Notes: a model not told the origin generated them from the sequence alone. DNA of 64,000 bases from an uncultured Nitrososphaerota archaeon (GCA_963703285.1 OY969807.1:1504001-1568000), one strand, 5' to 3'. Counted from the stretch's first letter, positions 20,109 through 30,162 are shown. Numbers and translations are program-made.

Positions 20109-20431
20109 GGCCCGGCAGCTCCCTGAATCAGTTTCGGCGCCTGCCATGGTGCTTGTTGCACCTTTGACGTCACTTCCGCGCGGCTTGGACGGCGAAAGCT
20201 TAAGTGAACACGTAAAGGAGTGGAGTTCATGTCGCTCGATATCGCGGAGTTGGACGATGACGAGTATGAAACTGACTACGACGCCGAAGGATTGGAAGAA
20301 GAAGTAGACTCCGACGACGACGATATCTGAAACGCGACAGCACTGAAACGGCCACCTCGCCTTCGCAAGGACGGGGTGCTGGTCGATTGGTTTAAGCTCG
20401 GGTGCGCCCGCCGGATTCCTGTGCTTGTGCA

Positions 20432-21259
20432 TTGACTCTCACGATAAAGTCGACCTGCAAGCTCAATTCGGGGGTGGAGATGCCCCTGCTCGGACTCGGA
20501 GTCTACCAGACATCCCCCGGGAGGGCGACGGAGGAGGCCGTGAAGACGGCCCTGAGGGTGGGGTACAGACACATTGACACGGCAAGTCTCTACGGGAACG
20601 AGGAGAGCGTCGGAGTCGCCGTGAGGGAGAGCGGCTTGCCTCGCGAGCAGGTCTTCGTCACAACAAAGCTGTGGAACAGCGACCATGGCTACGACTCCGC
20701 CCTGCGAGCGTGCGACAGGAGCCTGCGCCGGCTAGGGCTGGGCTACATCGACCTCTACCTGATCCACTGGCCCGTGTCTGAGCTCAGGGACGACTCCTGG
20801 AGGGCGCTCATAGAACTGCAGCGGCGCGGTTCGTGCCGCGCAATAGGCGTGAGTAACTACACAATCAGGCACCTCGGCGAACTCCTCGAGGGCTCGAAGG
20901 TGGTCCCCGACGTCGACCAGGTCGAGTTCAACCCTTTCCTCTATCAGGAGAAGCTCCTGCGGTTCTGCCAGGACGCGAGAATACAGCTCGAAGCCTACAG
21001 CCCTCTGACCAGGGGGCACCGGCTCAGCCACCCTACGGTGGTCGAGTTAGCTCGAAGGTACTCCAAGACCGCGGCTCAGATCATGATTAGATGGAGCCTG
21101 CAGCACGGCCTCGTGGTCATCCCGAAATCGGCTCAGCCCGAGAGGATAAAGGAGAACCCCGAGGTCTTCGATTTTGAAATCTCGGCCGCAGACATGGCTA
21201 GGCTCGACTCGATCGGCGAGAACCTGCACATGGACTGGGACCCGACCGACGCGATTTGA
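20432..21259 (+). CDS. Aldo/keto reductase
   Basis: GYRHIDTASLYGNE, FVTTKLWN, DLYLIHWP, IGVSNY, VIPKS. Confidence 0.95.
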   Translation: MTLTIKSTCKLNSGVEMPLLGLGVYQTSPGRATEEAVKTALRVGYRHIDTASLYGNEESVGVAVRESGLPREQVFVTTKLWNSDHGYDSALRACDRSLRRLGLGYIDLYLIHWPVSELRDDSWRALIELQRRGSCRAIGVSNYTIRHLGELLEGSKVVPDVDQVEFNPFLYQEKLLRFCQDARIQLEAYSPLTRGHRLSHPTVVELARRYSKTAAQIMIRWSLQHGLVVIPKSAQPERIKENPEVFDFEISAADMARLDSIGENLHMDWDPTDAI

Positions 21260-21271
21260 CACCGTGAGATC

Positions 21272-22102
21272 ATGTCACCGACCCAGAGCAAGGTCGCCGT
21301 CGTGACAGGAGCCTCACGGGGCGGCGGGAAGGCCATCGCAATCGAGCTGGGCACCGGCGGTTGGACGGTCTACGTGACCGGCCGAAGCACGCGGGGAGGG
21401 ACCACCACGGAGAATCTCCCTACGACCGTCGAGGAGACGGCGGAGGCCGTGACGAGCGCAGGAGGCCACGGCATCGCGGCAAGATGCGACCATTCGAAGG
21501 TGGCTGAAATCGACGGCCTGGTCGCTGGTCTCGAGAAGGAACGGGGCCGCATCGACCTTCTGGTGAACAACGCCTGGGGCGGATACGAGCAGCACGACCC
21601 CATTGAGTTCGTCCGACCGTTCTGGGAACAGCCTGTTCGACACTGGGACGGCATGTTCGAGCGGGGCGTCCGAGCGACTCTCCTCACTTCAGCCGGATTC
21701 GGGCCGCTCTTCGTGAAGCAGCGGCATGGGCTCATCGTGAATACGGTCGCCTGGCTCCACGAGCGGTATCTGGGCAACATATACTACGACACGGCCAAGG
21801 CCGCGACGATAAGGTGCACCTTCGGTATGGCCCAGGAGTTGAGGCCCTACGGCGTCACCGTTGTCGCCCTGGCGCCCGGGTTCATGAGGACGGAGAGGGT
21901 GCTCCTTGCGCACTCGAAGCAGCCCTTCGACCTGAGCTCGACAGAGTCGCCCTCGTATCTCGGCCGTGCCGTGAGGGCAATCGAGGGGGATCCGAGCATT
22001 GGGGACAGTTCTGGTCAGCTGCTGTACGTCGGCGACCTCGCCAGGAGATACGGGTTTGTCGATGAGGACGGTCGGCAGCCGCCTCCTTTTGGTCCAGGCT
22101 AG
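21272..22102 (+). CDS. Short-chain dehydrogenase/reductase (DHRS1-like)
   Basis: VTGASRGGG, LVNNAWGG, YDTAK. Confidence 0.92.
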   Translation: MSPTQSKVAVVTGASRGGGKAIAIELGTGGWTVYVTGRSTRGGTTTENLPTTVEETAEAVTSAGGHGIAARCDHSKVAEIDGLVAGLEKERGRIDLLVNNAWGGYEQHDPIEFVRPFWEQPVRHWDGMFERGVRATLLTSAGFGPLFVKQRHGLIVNTVAWLHERYLGNIYYDTAKAATIRCTFGMAQELRPYGVTVVALAPGFMRTERVLLAHSKQPFDLSSTESPSYLGRAVRAIEGDPSIGDSSGQLLYVGDLARRYGFVDEDGRQPPPFGPG

Positions 22103-22216
22103 AACCTTCGGATGTCAGCGCCAAGTGACTAGCTCTGGTGCGGGCTCGGGCTCATCACTCCTCTGCCAAGGGGAAGATTCCTCTAAATCGCGTGCAGGGA
22201 GAATGCGAACGACCGT

Positions 22217-23107
22217 CTAGCGATAATCGGCTTCTGCGCACTTCGCCAGTTCCAAGGCACCGACGACCCCCGACCTGTCGCCGAAACCGGGTTCCACGAT
22301 GAACTCGTCGATGTGATGTGTAATCGATTCGCTCTGGACGTAGTTGTTGAGCATCTCGACCACCTGCCGGCGTATAAGGGGAAACAGCTTCTTCTGGTTC
22401 ATCATCACCCCGCCGCCGCATATGATGCGCTGAGGGGAAATCGTGTAGACTATCGTGCAGATCGCCCGGGCAAGGTAGTACGCTTCAAGTTCCCATGCCT
22501 CGTGGTCGGGAGGGAGAGTACTGGGTGGCTTTCTCCAGCGGGCCTCGATTGCTGGACCGCATGCCAACCCCTCCAGGCAATCGCCGTGGAAGGTACAGCA
22601 TCCGCTATAGGCGTCACGAGGATGGCGAGGGATTGGCAGGTGCCCCATCTCGGGATGTGCCAGACCGTGCACCGCCTCGCCGTTGATCACTGCGCCTCCG
22701 CCGATTCCCGTCCCGACTGTCATGTAGACGACGTTCTTCAGCCCCCGCGCCGCGCCATAGAGCATCTCACCCAGTGCCGAAGCGTTCACGTCGGTATCGA
22801 AGCCGGTCGGAACTCCAAAGGTCCGCTCGAAGAGACCAGCAAAGTCAGTGTGTTTCCAGCCGTCCTTGGGCGTATCGGTGACGTAACCATAGGTCGGCGA
22901 TTCGCGCCGCAGGTCGATTGGACCAAAGGTTGCAATGCCGAGGGCTCTCAAATCTTGCTCCTTGAAGAAGCCGATTACCTTCCCCAAGGTCTCCTCCGGC
23001 GCAGTGGTGGGCACCGTGAGCTTCGCAACCGGTCGGTCGTTCGGTCTCTCTGCGACGACGCAGGTGAACTTGGTTCCGCCAGCCTCGATTCCCCCGTACA
23101 ACTTCAT
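22217..23107 (-). CDS. ROK-family fructokinase
   Basis: GGIEAGGTK, DTDVNA, TVGTGIGGG, HPEMGH, C.FHGDCLEG. Confidence 0.93.
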   Translation of the reverse strand: MKLYGGIEAGGTKFTCVVAERPNDRPVAKLTVPTTAPEETLGKVIGFFKEQDLRALGIATFGPIDLRRESPTYGYVTDTPKDGWKHTDFAGLFERTFGVPTGFDTDVNASALGEMLYGAARGLKNVVYMTVGTGIGGGAVINGEAVHGLAHPEMGHLPIPRHPRDAYSGCCTFHGDCLEGLACGPAIEARWRKPPSTLPPDHEAWELEAYYLARAICTIVYTISPQRIICGGGVMMNQKKLFPLIRRQVVEMLNNYVQSESITHHIDEFIVEPGFGDRSGVVGALELAKCAEADYR

Positions 23108-23330
23108 GATCTCGCCCTTTCGGAGAATGAGCGCCTGGCGAAATATATCTTACACCTCCATAGAAGGGCCGCGGCCTTCATCCACTCGCGATGCACGAAG
23201 AGCGTCTTCGGCAGCGTCGACTAGTGGTCGGATGTCCAACGTCCGCCTTCGGTACGCTACCCTCTCGAGAGCAGGGTCATGTGTGCACAGCAGAGTTAAG
23301 AGGCTGATTGTCGGGTGTGTCCCCAGTCGG

Positions 23331-24110
23331 TTGGCGCTCGAACCCAAGGATTCCAAGGGGAGACTGTATCACATCAGGTTGGGAAGGAGGGATGTGGGGA
23401 GGGTCGCCCTTCTTCCCGGAGACCCTGGAAGGGTCCCCCGGATAGCGAAGCGCTTCAGGGATGCGAAACCGATTGCCTCGCACCGAGAATACACCACTTT
23501 CGGAGGCTACATCAATGATGAATACGTGATCGCGATGTCGACGGGAATCGGGGGTCCGGCGACCGCCATAGCGGTTGAGGAGCTCGCGAGGCTCGGCGTT
23601 CAGCTCATGATAAGGGTGGGGACGTGCGGGGGCATCAGCCCGGAAGCGAAGGTCGGCTCGCTGATAATCGCCGATGCCGCGGTGAGGCTGGACGGCACGA
23701 CCAGACAGTACGTCATGGACGGATTTCCGGCCGCGGCCACCCCCGAGGTCGTGATCGCGCTCAAGGAGTCGGCGTCCGGGTTAAAGAAGAGCTTCCTTTT
23801 AGGTAAAGCCGCCTCGACAGATTCCTTCTACGCCGGGCAGGGGAGGCCCAGTTACGGAGGATATTTCCCCAGCCGGGCGAGGGGGCTCGTCTCCGACCTC
23901 AGGACAGCGAACGTCCTGTGCTTCGAGATGGAGTCTTCGACGCTGTTCACCCTCGGCAGGCTCTTCGGAGTGAGGACCGGCGCCGTCTTTGCCGTCCTCG
24001 GGAACAGGATGACGAACGAGTTCAGGGCAGAGGCGGGCATCGATGACGCGATCGACGTGGCGGTGGATGCGGTGCGCCGATTGAGGAAGGCGTCTCCGCT
24101 GCGGGGCTGA
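23331..24110 (+). CDS. udp: Uridine/nucleoside phosphorylase
   Basis: YHI.L, LLPGDPGRV, STGIGGP..AIAVEEL, RVGTCG, FEMESS. Confidence 0.9.
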   Translation: MALEPKDSKGRLYHIRLGRRDVGRVALLPGDPGRVPRIAKRFRDAKPIASHREYTTFGGYINDEYVIAMSTGIGGPATAIAVEELARLGVQLMIRVGTCGGISPEAKVGSLIIADAAVRLDGTTRQYVMDGFPAAATPEVVIALKESASGLKKSFLLGKAASTDSFYAGQGRPSYGGYFPSRARGLVSDLRTANVLCFEMESSTLFTLGRLFGVRTGAVFAVLGNRMTNEFRAEAGIDDAIDVAVDAVRRLRKASPLRG

Positions 24111-24123
24111 GGGCGCCCTCCGG

Positions 24124-25071
24124 CTACACGATCAACATCATCGCCCTTCCTCCGACGTTGAAGGGAACCACGTGAGCCGCGTTTTCCTTTGATTTGAATG
24201 ACGTCAAAGTGGTCCAGCCGAGGCAGTCGCCCCTGATGCGATTCAGGGTCGCCTCTCCCGTCTTCTGATACGTGATGAAGTGTGGGCCTTCGATCAGGTC
24301 CAGCGAGCGCACGATGTCAAGGCGCTCCGCCGCCTGAAGATCGAGATGCGACCCGACCGGGACCGTCCCGGAGAGGTCGTCGAGGACGTGGTCGATGTTC
24401 ACGTTGGGCTTCAGGACGTTCGTCTTCAGGAAGAAATTCTCGCCTCCAAACTGGAAGAACGCGAACCTCGTCCATCCCTTCGCCCAGTAGTGCGACCAGA
24501 CAGGGCTCAACGAAAGCGGGGGGACTCCGGCGGCCGACGACGTCGTGCGCACGGAGAGCCTGAATATGGCGACGTGGCCGTCGTCGAAGCTGTATCCGAG
24601 GATGCCCAGCTGGCCGAAGGCGACGAAGGCCTTCAGCGTCGTGAACCCGGGCGTCGCGCCCGGCTCGCGGTCGCGGGAGTATCGGTACGGCTTGGATAAC
24701 GAGAAGCCGTCCGTCAGAGCGAGGAACTGGAACGCCCCGGCCCTCGAGTCGTAGCACATCAGATGATGCTGGTTGCCCATGACGAACGGCTCGATGATGT
24801 CAAACCCCGAGTCAATCCTGGTGGCGAGGGATGGCTTGGTGAGCCAGGGCGCGGAGTCGAGGAGCTGGAAGACATCGAGTCCGCCGCTGGCCCCGTCATA
24901 GGCGAGGAGGTGCGTCCTCTCGCCCACGACCATCGGGAACAGGCAGGAATACCCGGCGGCCAGGTCCTCGGTTGAGCCGAGCGTCTCAACGCCTGTGACG
25001 TTAGACCGGTCGTCCGTGCGAATGAGATAGATCGATGCCGAACCGCTTCGGAAAGAGTTCAAGGCCGTCAC
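24124..25071 (-). CDS. Hypothetical beta-rich (propeller-like) protein
   Basis: 315-aa ORF with recurring G[FWY]T/D...F..GG...LL.Y blade-like units. Confidence 0.65.
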   Translation of the reverse strand: MTALNSFRSGSASIYLIRTDDRSNVTGVETLGSTEDLAAGYSCLFPMVVGERTHLLAYDGASGGLDVFQLLDSAPWLTKPSLATRIDSGFDIIEPFVMGNQHHLMCYDSRAGAFQFLALTDGFSLSKPYRYSRDREPGATPGFTTLKAFVAFGQLGILGYSFDDGHVAIFRLSVRTTSSAAGVPPLSLSPVWSHYWAKGWTRFAFFQFGGENFFLKTNVLKPNVNIDHVLDDLSGTVPVGSHLDLQAAERLDIVRSLDLIEGPHFITYQKTGEATLNRIRGDCLGWTTLTSFKSKENAAHVVPFNVGGRAMMLIV

Positions 25072-25207
25072 TGTCTCTTCTTCGATTCCAAAAATAGCTT
25101 CCCCTTCTTTGAATCCTGGTTACGCCCTCGGTCGAGTCGCTTGGACAAGGGCAGCCACAGTTCTGGTAGGCAGGATTAGATTCGGGAGGGCGTTTGCAGC
25201 AGGAAAG

Positions 25208-25576
25208 TCAAAGCTCGCCCGTCGGAATGAACTTCAAAGATATGGAGTTCGCGCAGTGTCGTGTGTTCTTTGCGGTGAACCCCTCTCCCAGAAAGACGTG
25301 GCCTAGGTGTGCGCCGCAATTGGCGCACTGAATTTCCGTCCGCTCTCTGTCAGGATCGGGGACCCTCTTGACAGAGCCTGGTATCTCGTCATCGAAGGCC
25401 GGCCATCCGCACCTGGCGTCGAACTTGTCGTCCGACCGGTAGAGGGGCGTCCCGCACCTCCTGCAGACGTACGTCCCCTTGCTGAAGTTTCTCTCGTACT
25501 CGCCTGAGAAGGGCGCCTCCGTCCCCTTGTGAACAATGACCTCTTCCTCCTCCGGTGTAAGCTCGTCCACCTTCAA
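25208..25576 (-). CDS. msrB: Methionine-R-sulfoxide reductase
   Basis: GTEAPF, CRRC, GWPAFD, RTEIQCANCGAHLGHVF, RHCANS. Confidence 0.95.
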   Translation of the reverse strand: MKVDELTPEEEEVIVHKGTEAPFSGEYERNFSKGTYVCRRCGTPLYRSDDKFDARCGWPAFDDEIPGSVKRVPDPDRERTEIQCANCGAHLGHVFLGEGFTAKNTRHCANSISLKFIPTGEL

Positions 25577-25670
25577 TTGAATCGCTGCGCTAGATACAGC
25601 GGACCCCCGAGTATTAAGTGCACCTCGCTCTGTGAGTATGCCGAAGGAAGAACCTGGGTATGCCTGGTAG

Positions 25671-25709
25671 ATGACAGGTTCGTTGTGCCTCCGCCTGGCA
25701 GCTTCATTC
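25671..25709 (+). repeat. Cassette-boundary repeat R1 (degenerate)
   Basis: ATGACAGGTTCGTTGTGCCTCCGCCTGGCAGCTTCATTC. Confidence 0.6.
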
Positions 25710-25805
25710 GCTTCAGAAGCCCGCGGCCACCCCTAAACCCGGACCCGCTCAAACAATCTCACCTTGCGCACAAGTCAATTATACTGATGGTAGGCTGGCA
25801 AACCC

Positions 25806-26783
25806 ATGGCGAATGCTTCGCTAGGACCAGGCCCCAAGAGCGATACCGAAGATGGGAAGGTCGCTTCCATCACCAGCGGAGGGGTAACCTGGATGGACGT
25901 TCCAGACCCTACCCCCGCCGCAATGGCAACACTCGCGCGCGACTACCATTTTCACCCTTTGGACGTGGACGCGTGTCTTTCCACGGTGCATCTGACGAAG
26001 CTCGAAGACCACGGAGAATATTTCTTCATCACGCTGCAGATCCCGGACCAGGTTGGCCAGGGAATCATCAGTTCCAACCAGGTCGCGATGTTCCTGGGGA
26101 AGGACTATCTCGTGACAGTCCATCCGTCCGACCTCAAGACGATCTCGGCGCTCTTCCAGTCATGCGCCAGTGACGCGAATGAACGAAGCGCGATGATGAA
26201 GTCCTCGGCCTACCTGGCGTGTCGGATTATCGACAGGATGACCGACGGCATCTTCTCGATCTTGGAGAACGTGCAGGCGAGCCTTGACAGCATCGAGGCG
26301 GTGGTGTTCGATGAGAAGAAATCTTCGGCCCGCGCCATAAATTCCGCGCGTCGTCAAATAGCCGTCCTCAGTAGGATCGTCTACCCGTTGGGGCTGTACA
26401 TTACCGACCTGTCCAAGGCGCAGAAGTTCAGCAGTGAAGACCTTGCGATCTACTTCAGCGACATCCGCCACAAAGTCGGGAAGGTCTCGGCGACAATCGC
26501 GGAGATGAAGGACATGGTTGGGATATACAACGACACCGACTTCAGCATAACCAGCAACCGGACAAACGCCGTCCTCTCGATCTTGACAATCATCTTCACC
26601 CTCACACTCCCCGCAGCCCTGATAGCTGGCGTGTACGGAATGAACGTGCCTATTCCTGGCGCCCTGACGCCGGGACCTTGGAAATTCCTCGGAGCCTACA
26701 CCTCTGTGATAATCATCCTCGTGGCGATGCTCGTCCCGACCATCATGATGGCATTCTACTTCAAGCACCGCGGCTGGTTCTAG
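25806..26783 (+). CDS. corA: CorA-family Mg/Co transporter
   Basis: FHPLDVD, C-terminal TM pair with YGMN motif. Confidence 0.93.
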   Translation: MANASLGPGPKSDTEDGKVASITSGGVTWMDVPDPTPAAMATLARDYHFHPLDVDACLSTVHLTKLEDHGEYFFITLQIPDQVGQGIISSNQVAMFLGKDYLVTVHPSDLKTISALFQSCASDANERSAMMKSSAYLACRIIDRMTDGIFSILENVQASLDSIEAVVFDEKKSSARAINSARRQIAVLSRIVYPLGLYITDLSKAQKFSSEDLAIYFSDIRHKVGKVSATIAEMKDMVGIYNDTDFSITSNRTNAVLSILTIIFTLTLPAALIAGVYGMNVPIPGALTPGPWKFLGAYTSVIIILVAMLVPTIMMAFYFKHRGWF

Positions 26784-26858
26784 GCGCTGGCCGTTGCGCG
26801 AGAGGGCTAAGAGGGTGAGACGGCGCTCACAGCTCGGGCAGTGGGTGCCCTTCGATCC

Positions 26859-26870
26859 CCTCCGCCGGGG
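26859..26870 (+). repeat. Possible remnant repeat R2
   Basis: Only the core CCTCCGCCGGGG, intergenic. Confidence 0.3.
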
Positions 26871-26944
26871 GAACGTTATCTTCTATCTAGCTGGAGCAAC
26901 TCGAGACCGATGACAGGAGCCCGGCGCCCTGGAGTTCCATCAAT

Positions 26945-27138
26945 GAGTCGGTTGTTAGGGTCGGCTAGTGACGCGGCAGGTGACCAGAGTGGGTCTCGGA
27001 AGAAGAGCTGTGATTTGTAATGGGTTGATTCTTGAACCGTGGATGAGCATGTGAGCTGTGATTCCAGTTTTGCCACTTCTCATGTGGGTAGTCCTTCCTC
27101 GGCCCCTCATCAGTCTCCTTAGCAATCTATGCCGACTC
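26945..27138 (-). ncRNA. Candidate structured ncRNA directly downstream of the DIP1984-like gene
   Basis: Nested complementarity: GUCGGC(A)UAG/CUAGCCGAC, GACUGAUGAGGGG/CCCACUCUGGUC, GAGGAAGG/UCUUCUUC; the loop carries AAUCACAGCUC twice. Confidence 0.45.
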
Positions 27139-27140
27139 TC

Positions 27141-27620
27141 CTAAACCGTGATGGTCACCCTGTGATTGGCCTCCTGTATCGCCGCGTCAAGGACGTTTCT
27201 TTGTCTCTCGTACTCTTCCTGGAGCTGGAGTAGCTCGGCGGGGGTCTTCTGCCACCTCTGTGGGACCTCATCCTTCGACCTGTGTCTCCATCCTAGGAAG
27301 TCTGACTTCCTCTCGTTACTCAGCATTCCGGAGATGTGTGTGAGCTTGATTCGGATGTTGCTCAGTTCGAGTATCGCCTTCGCGAGTGACATCTCCAAGT
27401 CCCCAATCCTGATTCGGTTCGACAAGTTCGCGGCTTGGATTGCAAGTTTCAACTCAGTCTCCCGCCTCAAGGTTTCGTCAATCTGTTCAGAGAGCGCATC
27501 ATACCGGAAATCTGGTTCGGAATCGGCCTCATAGACGAGGCTAGATTCCCTGAACTTCGAAAGCTGGATTAGTCTGGCTTTGAGCGTCTTCACCTCGGCA
27601 AGCGCCTCGTAAACCTTCAT
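27141..27620 (-). CDS. DIP1984-like three-helix coiled-coil protein
   Basis: MKVYEAL...LKLAIQAANL...MSLAKAI...LDAAIQEANHRV pattern. Confidence 0.75.
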   Translation of the reverse strand: MKVYEALAEVKTLKARLIQLSKFRESSLVYEADSEPDFRYDALSEQIDETLRRETELKLAIQAANLSNRIRIGDLEMSLAKAILELSNIRIKLTHISGMLSNERKSDFLGWRHRSKDEVPQRWQKTPAELLQLQEEYERQRNVLDAAIQEANHRVTITV

Positions 27621-27667
27621 GGTCTCTCGTCCCCTATATCCGGATACTTGGCTTTATATTCTTGATA

Positions 27668-27706
27668 AGTAAAGAATCCTTTGGCTCTACTTAAGAATCC
27701 TTTACT
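27668..27706. promoter_or_regulatory. Putative AbrB operator in a divergent promoter
   Basis: AAGAATCCTTT direct repeat twice, framed by the inverted AGTAAAG...CTTTACT. Confidence 0.5.
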
Positions 27707-27728
27707 TCCTTTGGTTGTAGGAAAGCCC

Positions 27729-27887
27729 TTGGTTAGAGAAATCCTGGGAACGAGCAGGATAAGCAGCAAATTCCAGATTACGGTCCCCAAGGAAGTAAGG
27801 GATCGGTTCAAGCTCAGCGCCGAGGAGATTCTCGTCTTCTCAGATGATGATGGGAAGCTCATCCTTCGCAAGAGTACAGAGGCGTAG
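27729..27887 (+). CDS. AbrB/MazE/SpoVT DNA-binding protein (no adjacent toxin)
   Basis: SRISSKFQITVPKEVRDRFKL...LVF..DDGKLILRK. Confidence 0.85.
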   Translation: MVREILGTSRISSKFQITVPKEVRDRFKLSAEEILVFSDDDGKLILRKSTEA

Positions 27888-28129
27888 CGTCCGACCTGCT
27901 TCATCTTCGCGTACCTCAATCCTATGCTGAGACCGTATATTAGCGCCAACGCAAGCTTGGCATTCGACCGTTGTGGGATTTCCATGCGCTCGAGAACAAT
28001 CGTGCTTTTGGCGGGATGTCCAATCGATGTTCCAGTCCCGGTCCTTGCTCTGCAATGGAGGGTGGACAACTCGTCCAGAATGATTTTATCCCCCGAACCC
28101 CCCGAGCAGCGAGCATGAAGAAAAATTAG

Positions 28130-28429
28130 TTGCCTTCCAGACCAAGAGGAAGAGAGGACGAAGTAGTCATAATCGGAGTGAGGAAGAAGAGCGGCCATTC
28201 CGACGAGGTTTGTGTCGAGTGCAGGCTTGGTCGCCTTCGATTCGCAGTATCTCTGCCTTCGGACGAGTTCAGTTTTGTCGAGCTGAAGAAAGAAATTGGC
28301 AGAAGCCTGCAATGTGAGTTTGGGACGAGATATGCCAAATCACTAGTCGGACGGGCGATTCCTTTGGCCGAGATCATCAAGGAATCAGACGCTTCTAAGC
28401 GAGGTAACAAGTTCTGGGACTTGTTCTAA
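28130..28429 (+). CDS. Hypothetical protein
   Basis: 99-aa ORF whose stop is 4 nt before repeat R3. Confidence 0.5.
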   Translation: MPSRPRGREDEVVIIGVRKKSGHSDEVCVECRLGRLRFAVSLPSDEFSFVELKKEIGRSLQCEFGTRYAKSLVGRAIPLAEIIKESDASKRGNKFWDLF

Positions 28430-28432
28430 GCC

Positions 28433-28450
28433 CATTGCGCCTGCGCCGGG
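28433..28450 (+). repeat. Repeat R3 (partial)
   Basis: CATTGCGCCTGCGCCGGG. Confidence 0.6.
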
Positions 28451-28506
28451 TATTCCTCGTTTAGCCTTGGGCCGCATTCGGCCGACCTGCGTCAGGTGTT
28501 TGGTTC

Positions 28507-28647
28507 TCACTTGGTGGAAGCCTTCGCTTCCACCCGTTTCTTTTCCTTCGCCCTCATGAACAGCTCCGTCGCCACCAGGGCCTCGGCCGACGCCTTCGTC
28601 AAGGCTCGAATCTCACGCTTCTCCCTGGGATTCAGCTCTTTCTTCAT
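28507..28647 (-). CDS. Small basic helical protein (46 aa)
   Basis: MKKELNPREKREIRALTKASAEALVATELFMRAKEKKRVEAKASTK; ATGA overlap with the upstream ORF ending at 28644. Confidence 0.5.
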   Translation of the reverse strand: MKKELNPREKREIRALTKASAEALVATELFMRAKEKKRVEAKASTK

Positions 28648-28884
28648 CCTCGCTTCAATTCCTCCTCCTCGCTCTTAAATCTTGTAGATGCCTCAGCGTA
28701 GTAAAATTCTGCTGCCAACTTCTTGTTGAAGATGATCTGGATGACGTTGCCTACCCGTATCAACCTCACGGAGGTCGCGCCCAAGTCGTATTGGCTGGCT
28801 TGGAAGTCCGAGGAAGTCACATCACCGAAGTTTTGTGGAGTACTTGACTCCCCAGTGTTAGATTTGCGCCATGGACTCGACCGC

Positions 28885-28934
28885 GTAGGTTTCATTGCGC
28901 CTCCGCCTGGGAACGTTTCCTTGCATGTGTTGAC
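28885..28934 (+). repeat. Repeat R4 (right arm degenerate)
   Basis: GTAGGTTTCATTGCGCCTCCGCCTGGGAACGTTTCCTTGCATGTGTTGAC. Confidence 0.8.
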
Positions 28935-29177
28935 ACGGAATTCGCGTCTGTCCGACATGAGAATGATCAGCCGATGAAGAAGACCAATCTCCAGATGGGG
29001 TCGGTCTTAACTACCCGCGGTTCACCGGGTACCTCGGGTGGCTGGTGTCCCATGGGCTCGTGGGAAGCAAAGAAGAGGACGGCGACGAACTGTATTCTCT
29101 CTCGGCGCAGGGGCCCGACGCGCACCATCGTCTTGTGGGTTGGATGAGGGAGAGACCATGAAGGGGATGCGAATCTG

Positions 29178-30149
29178 ATGAAGGCGGTCGTCCGCACCAG
29201 GTACGGGCCGCCGGAGGTCCTCCAGTTCAAGGAGACGGAGATCCCGACCCCTGGAGACGACGAGGTACTCGTGAGAGTGCGCGCGACGTCGCTGAACAAG
29301 TCCGACCTGTTTCAGCTGAACCCGCCCTTCATGATTCGTCTGCTCCTGGGCGGAGGGCGCCTGAAGCCGAAGCGGAGCTCGCTCGGGACGGACCTGGCTG
29401 GGCGGGTCGAGGAGGTCGGCCGGAATGTGAAGCAGTTCAAGGCTGGCGACGAGGTGTTCGGAATCGGCCGGGGTGCCTTCGCCGAGTATGCGTGCGCCAG
29501 TGAAGAGAACCTGGCGTTGAAATTGAAGAGGGCAACGTTCGAGGATTCGGCCACCCTGCCCGTCGCGGGAACGACGGCCCTGCAGGCCATCGGCAAGGCA
29601 CAGGTCCAACCAGGACAGAAGGTCCTGATCGACGGCGCGTCTGGTGGTGTCGGTACCTTCGCGCTGCAAATCGCAAAGGCGTTCGGGGCCGAAGTCACGG
29701 CCGTGTGCAGCACGGGCAACGTGGCCAGCGCGCGGTCGATGGGCGCGGACCACGTCATCGACTACACAAAGGAGGATTTTGCCAAGAACGGGCGGAGGTA
29801 CGACTCAATCATCGAGGTCAATGGATATCGCTCGATTCTGGGGTACAGGCGCGCACTGGGCGCAAAGGGGGCTTACGTGATGGCCGGGAGCTCCAGACCG
29901 CTTCTCCAGATGCTGCAGAGCGTCACTTTGGGTCCGATGGTTTCGAGGAGCGGGGGAAAGCATATGGGCTTCATGGGGATAGCGAAGATAAACCAGAAGG
30001 ACCTCGATAGCCTCAGAGAGCTTCTCGAGAAGGGAAAGATCAAGCCCATTATCGATAAGAGCTACCCGCTGAGCGAAACCGCTGAAGCTTTCAGGTACTT
30101 TGCAGAGGGACACACGCACGGAAAGGTGGTCATAGCATTTTCAGATTAG
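29178..30149 (+). CDS. NAD(P)-dependent MDR-family oxidoreductase (quinone reductase-like)
   Basis: YGPPEVL, GTDLAG.V, GAFAEY, IDGASGGVG, GHTHGKVVI. Confidence 0.93.
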   Translation: MKAVVRTRYGPPEVLQFKETEIPTPGDDEVLVRVRATSLNKSDLFQLNPPFMIRLLLGGGRLKPKRSSLGTDLAGRVEEVGRNVKQFKAGDEVFGIGRGAFAEYACASEENLALKLKRATFEDSATLPVAGTTALQAIGKAQVQPGQKVLIDGASGGVGTFALQIAKAFGAEVTAVCSTGNVASARSMGADHVIDYTKEDFAKNGRRYDSIIEVNGYRSILGYRRALGAKGAYVMAGSSRPLLQMLQSVTLGPMVSRSGGKHMGFMGIAKINQKDLDSLRELLEKGKIKPIIDKSYPLSETAEAFRYFAEGHTHGKVVIAFSD

Positions 30150-30162
30150 TGGGTTTGGGGAG

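Noticed and set aside
19500-20432. 310-aa minus-strand ORF as an intact gene
   Set aside because: It is a composite of an SfsA-like tail, the antisense of a DUF1724-like fragment and an unrelated TM fragment.
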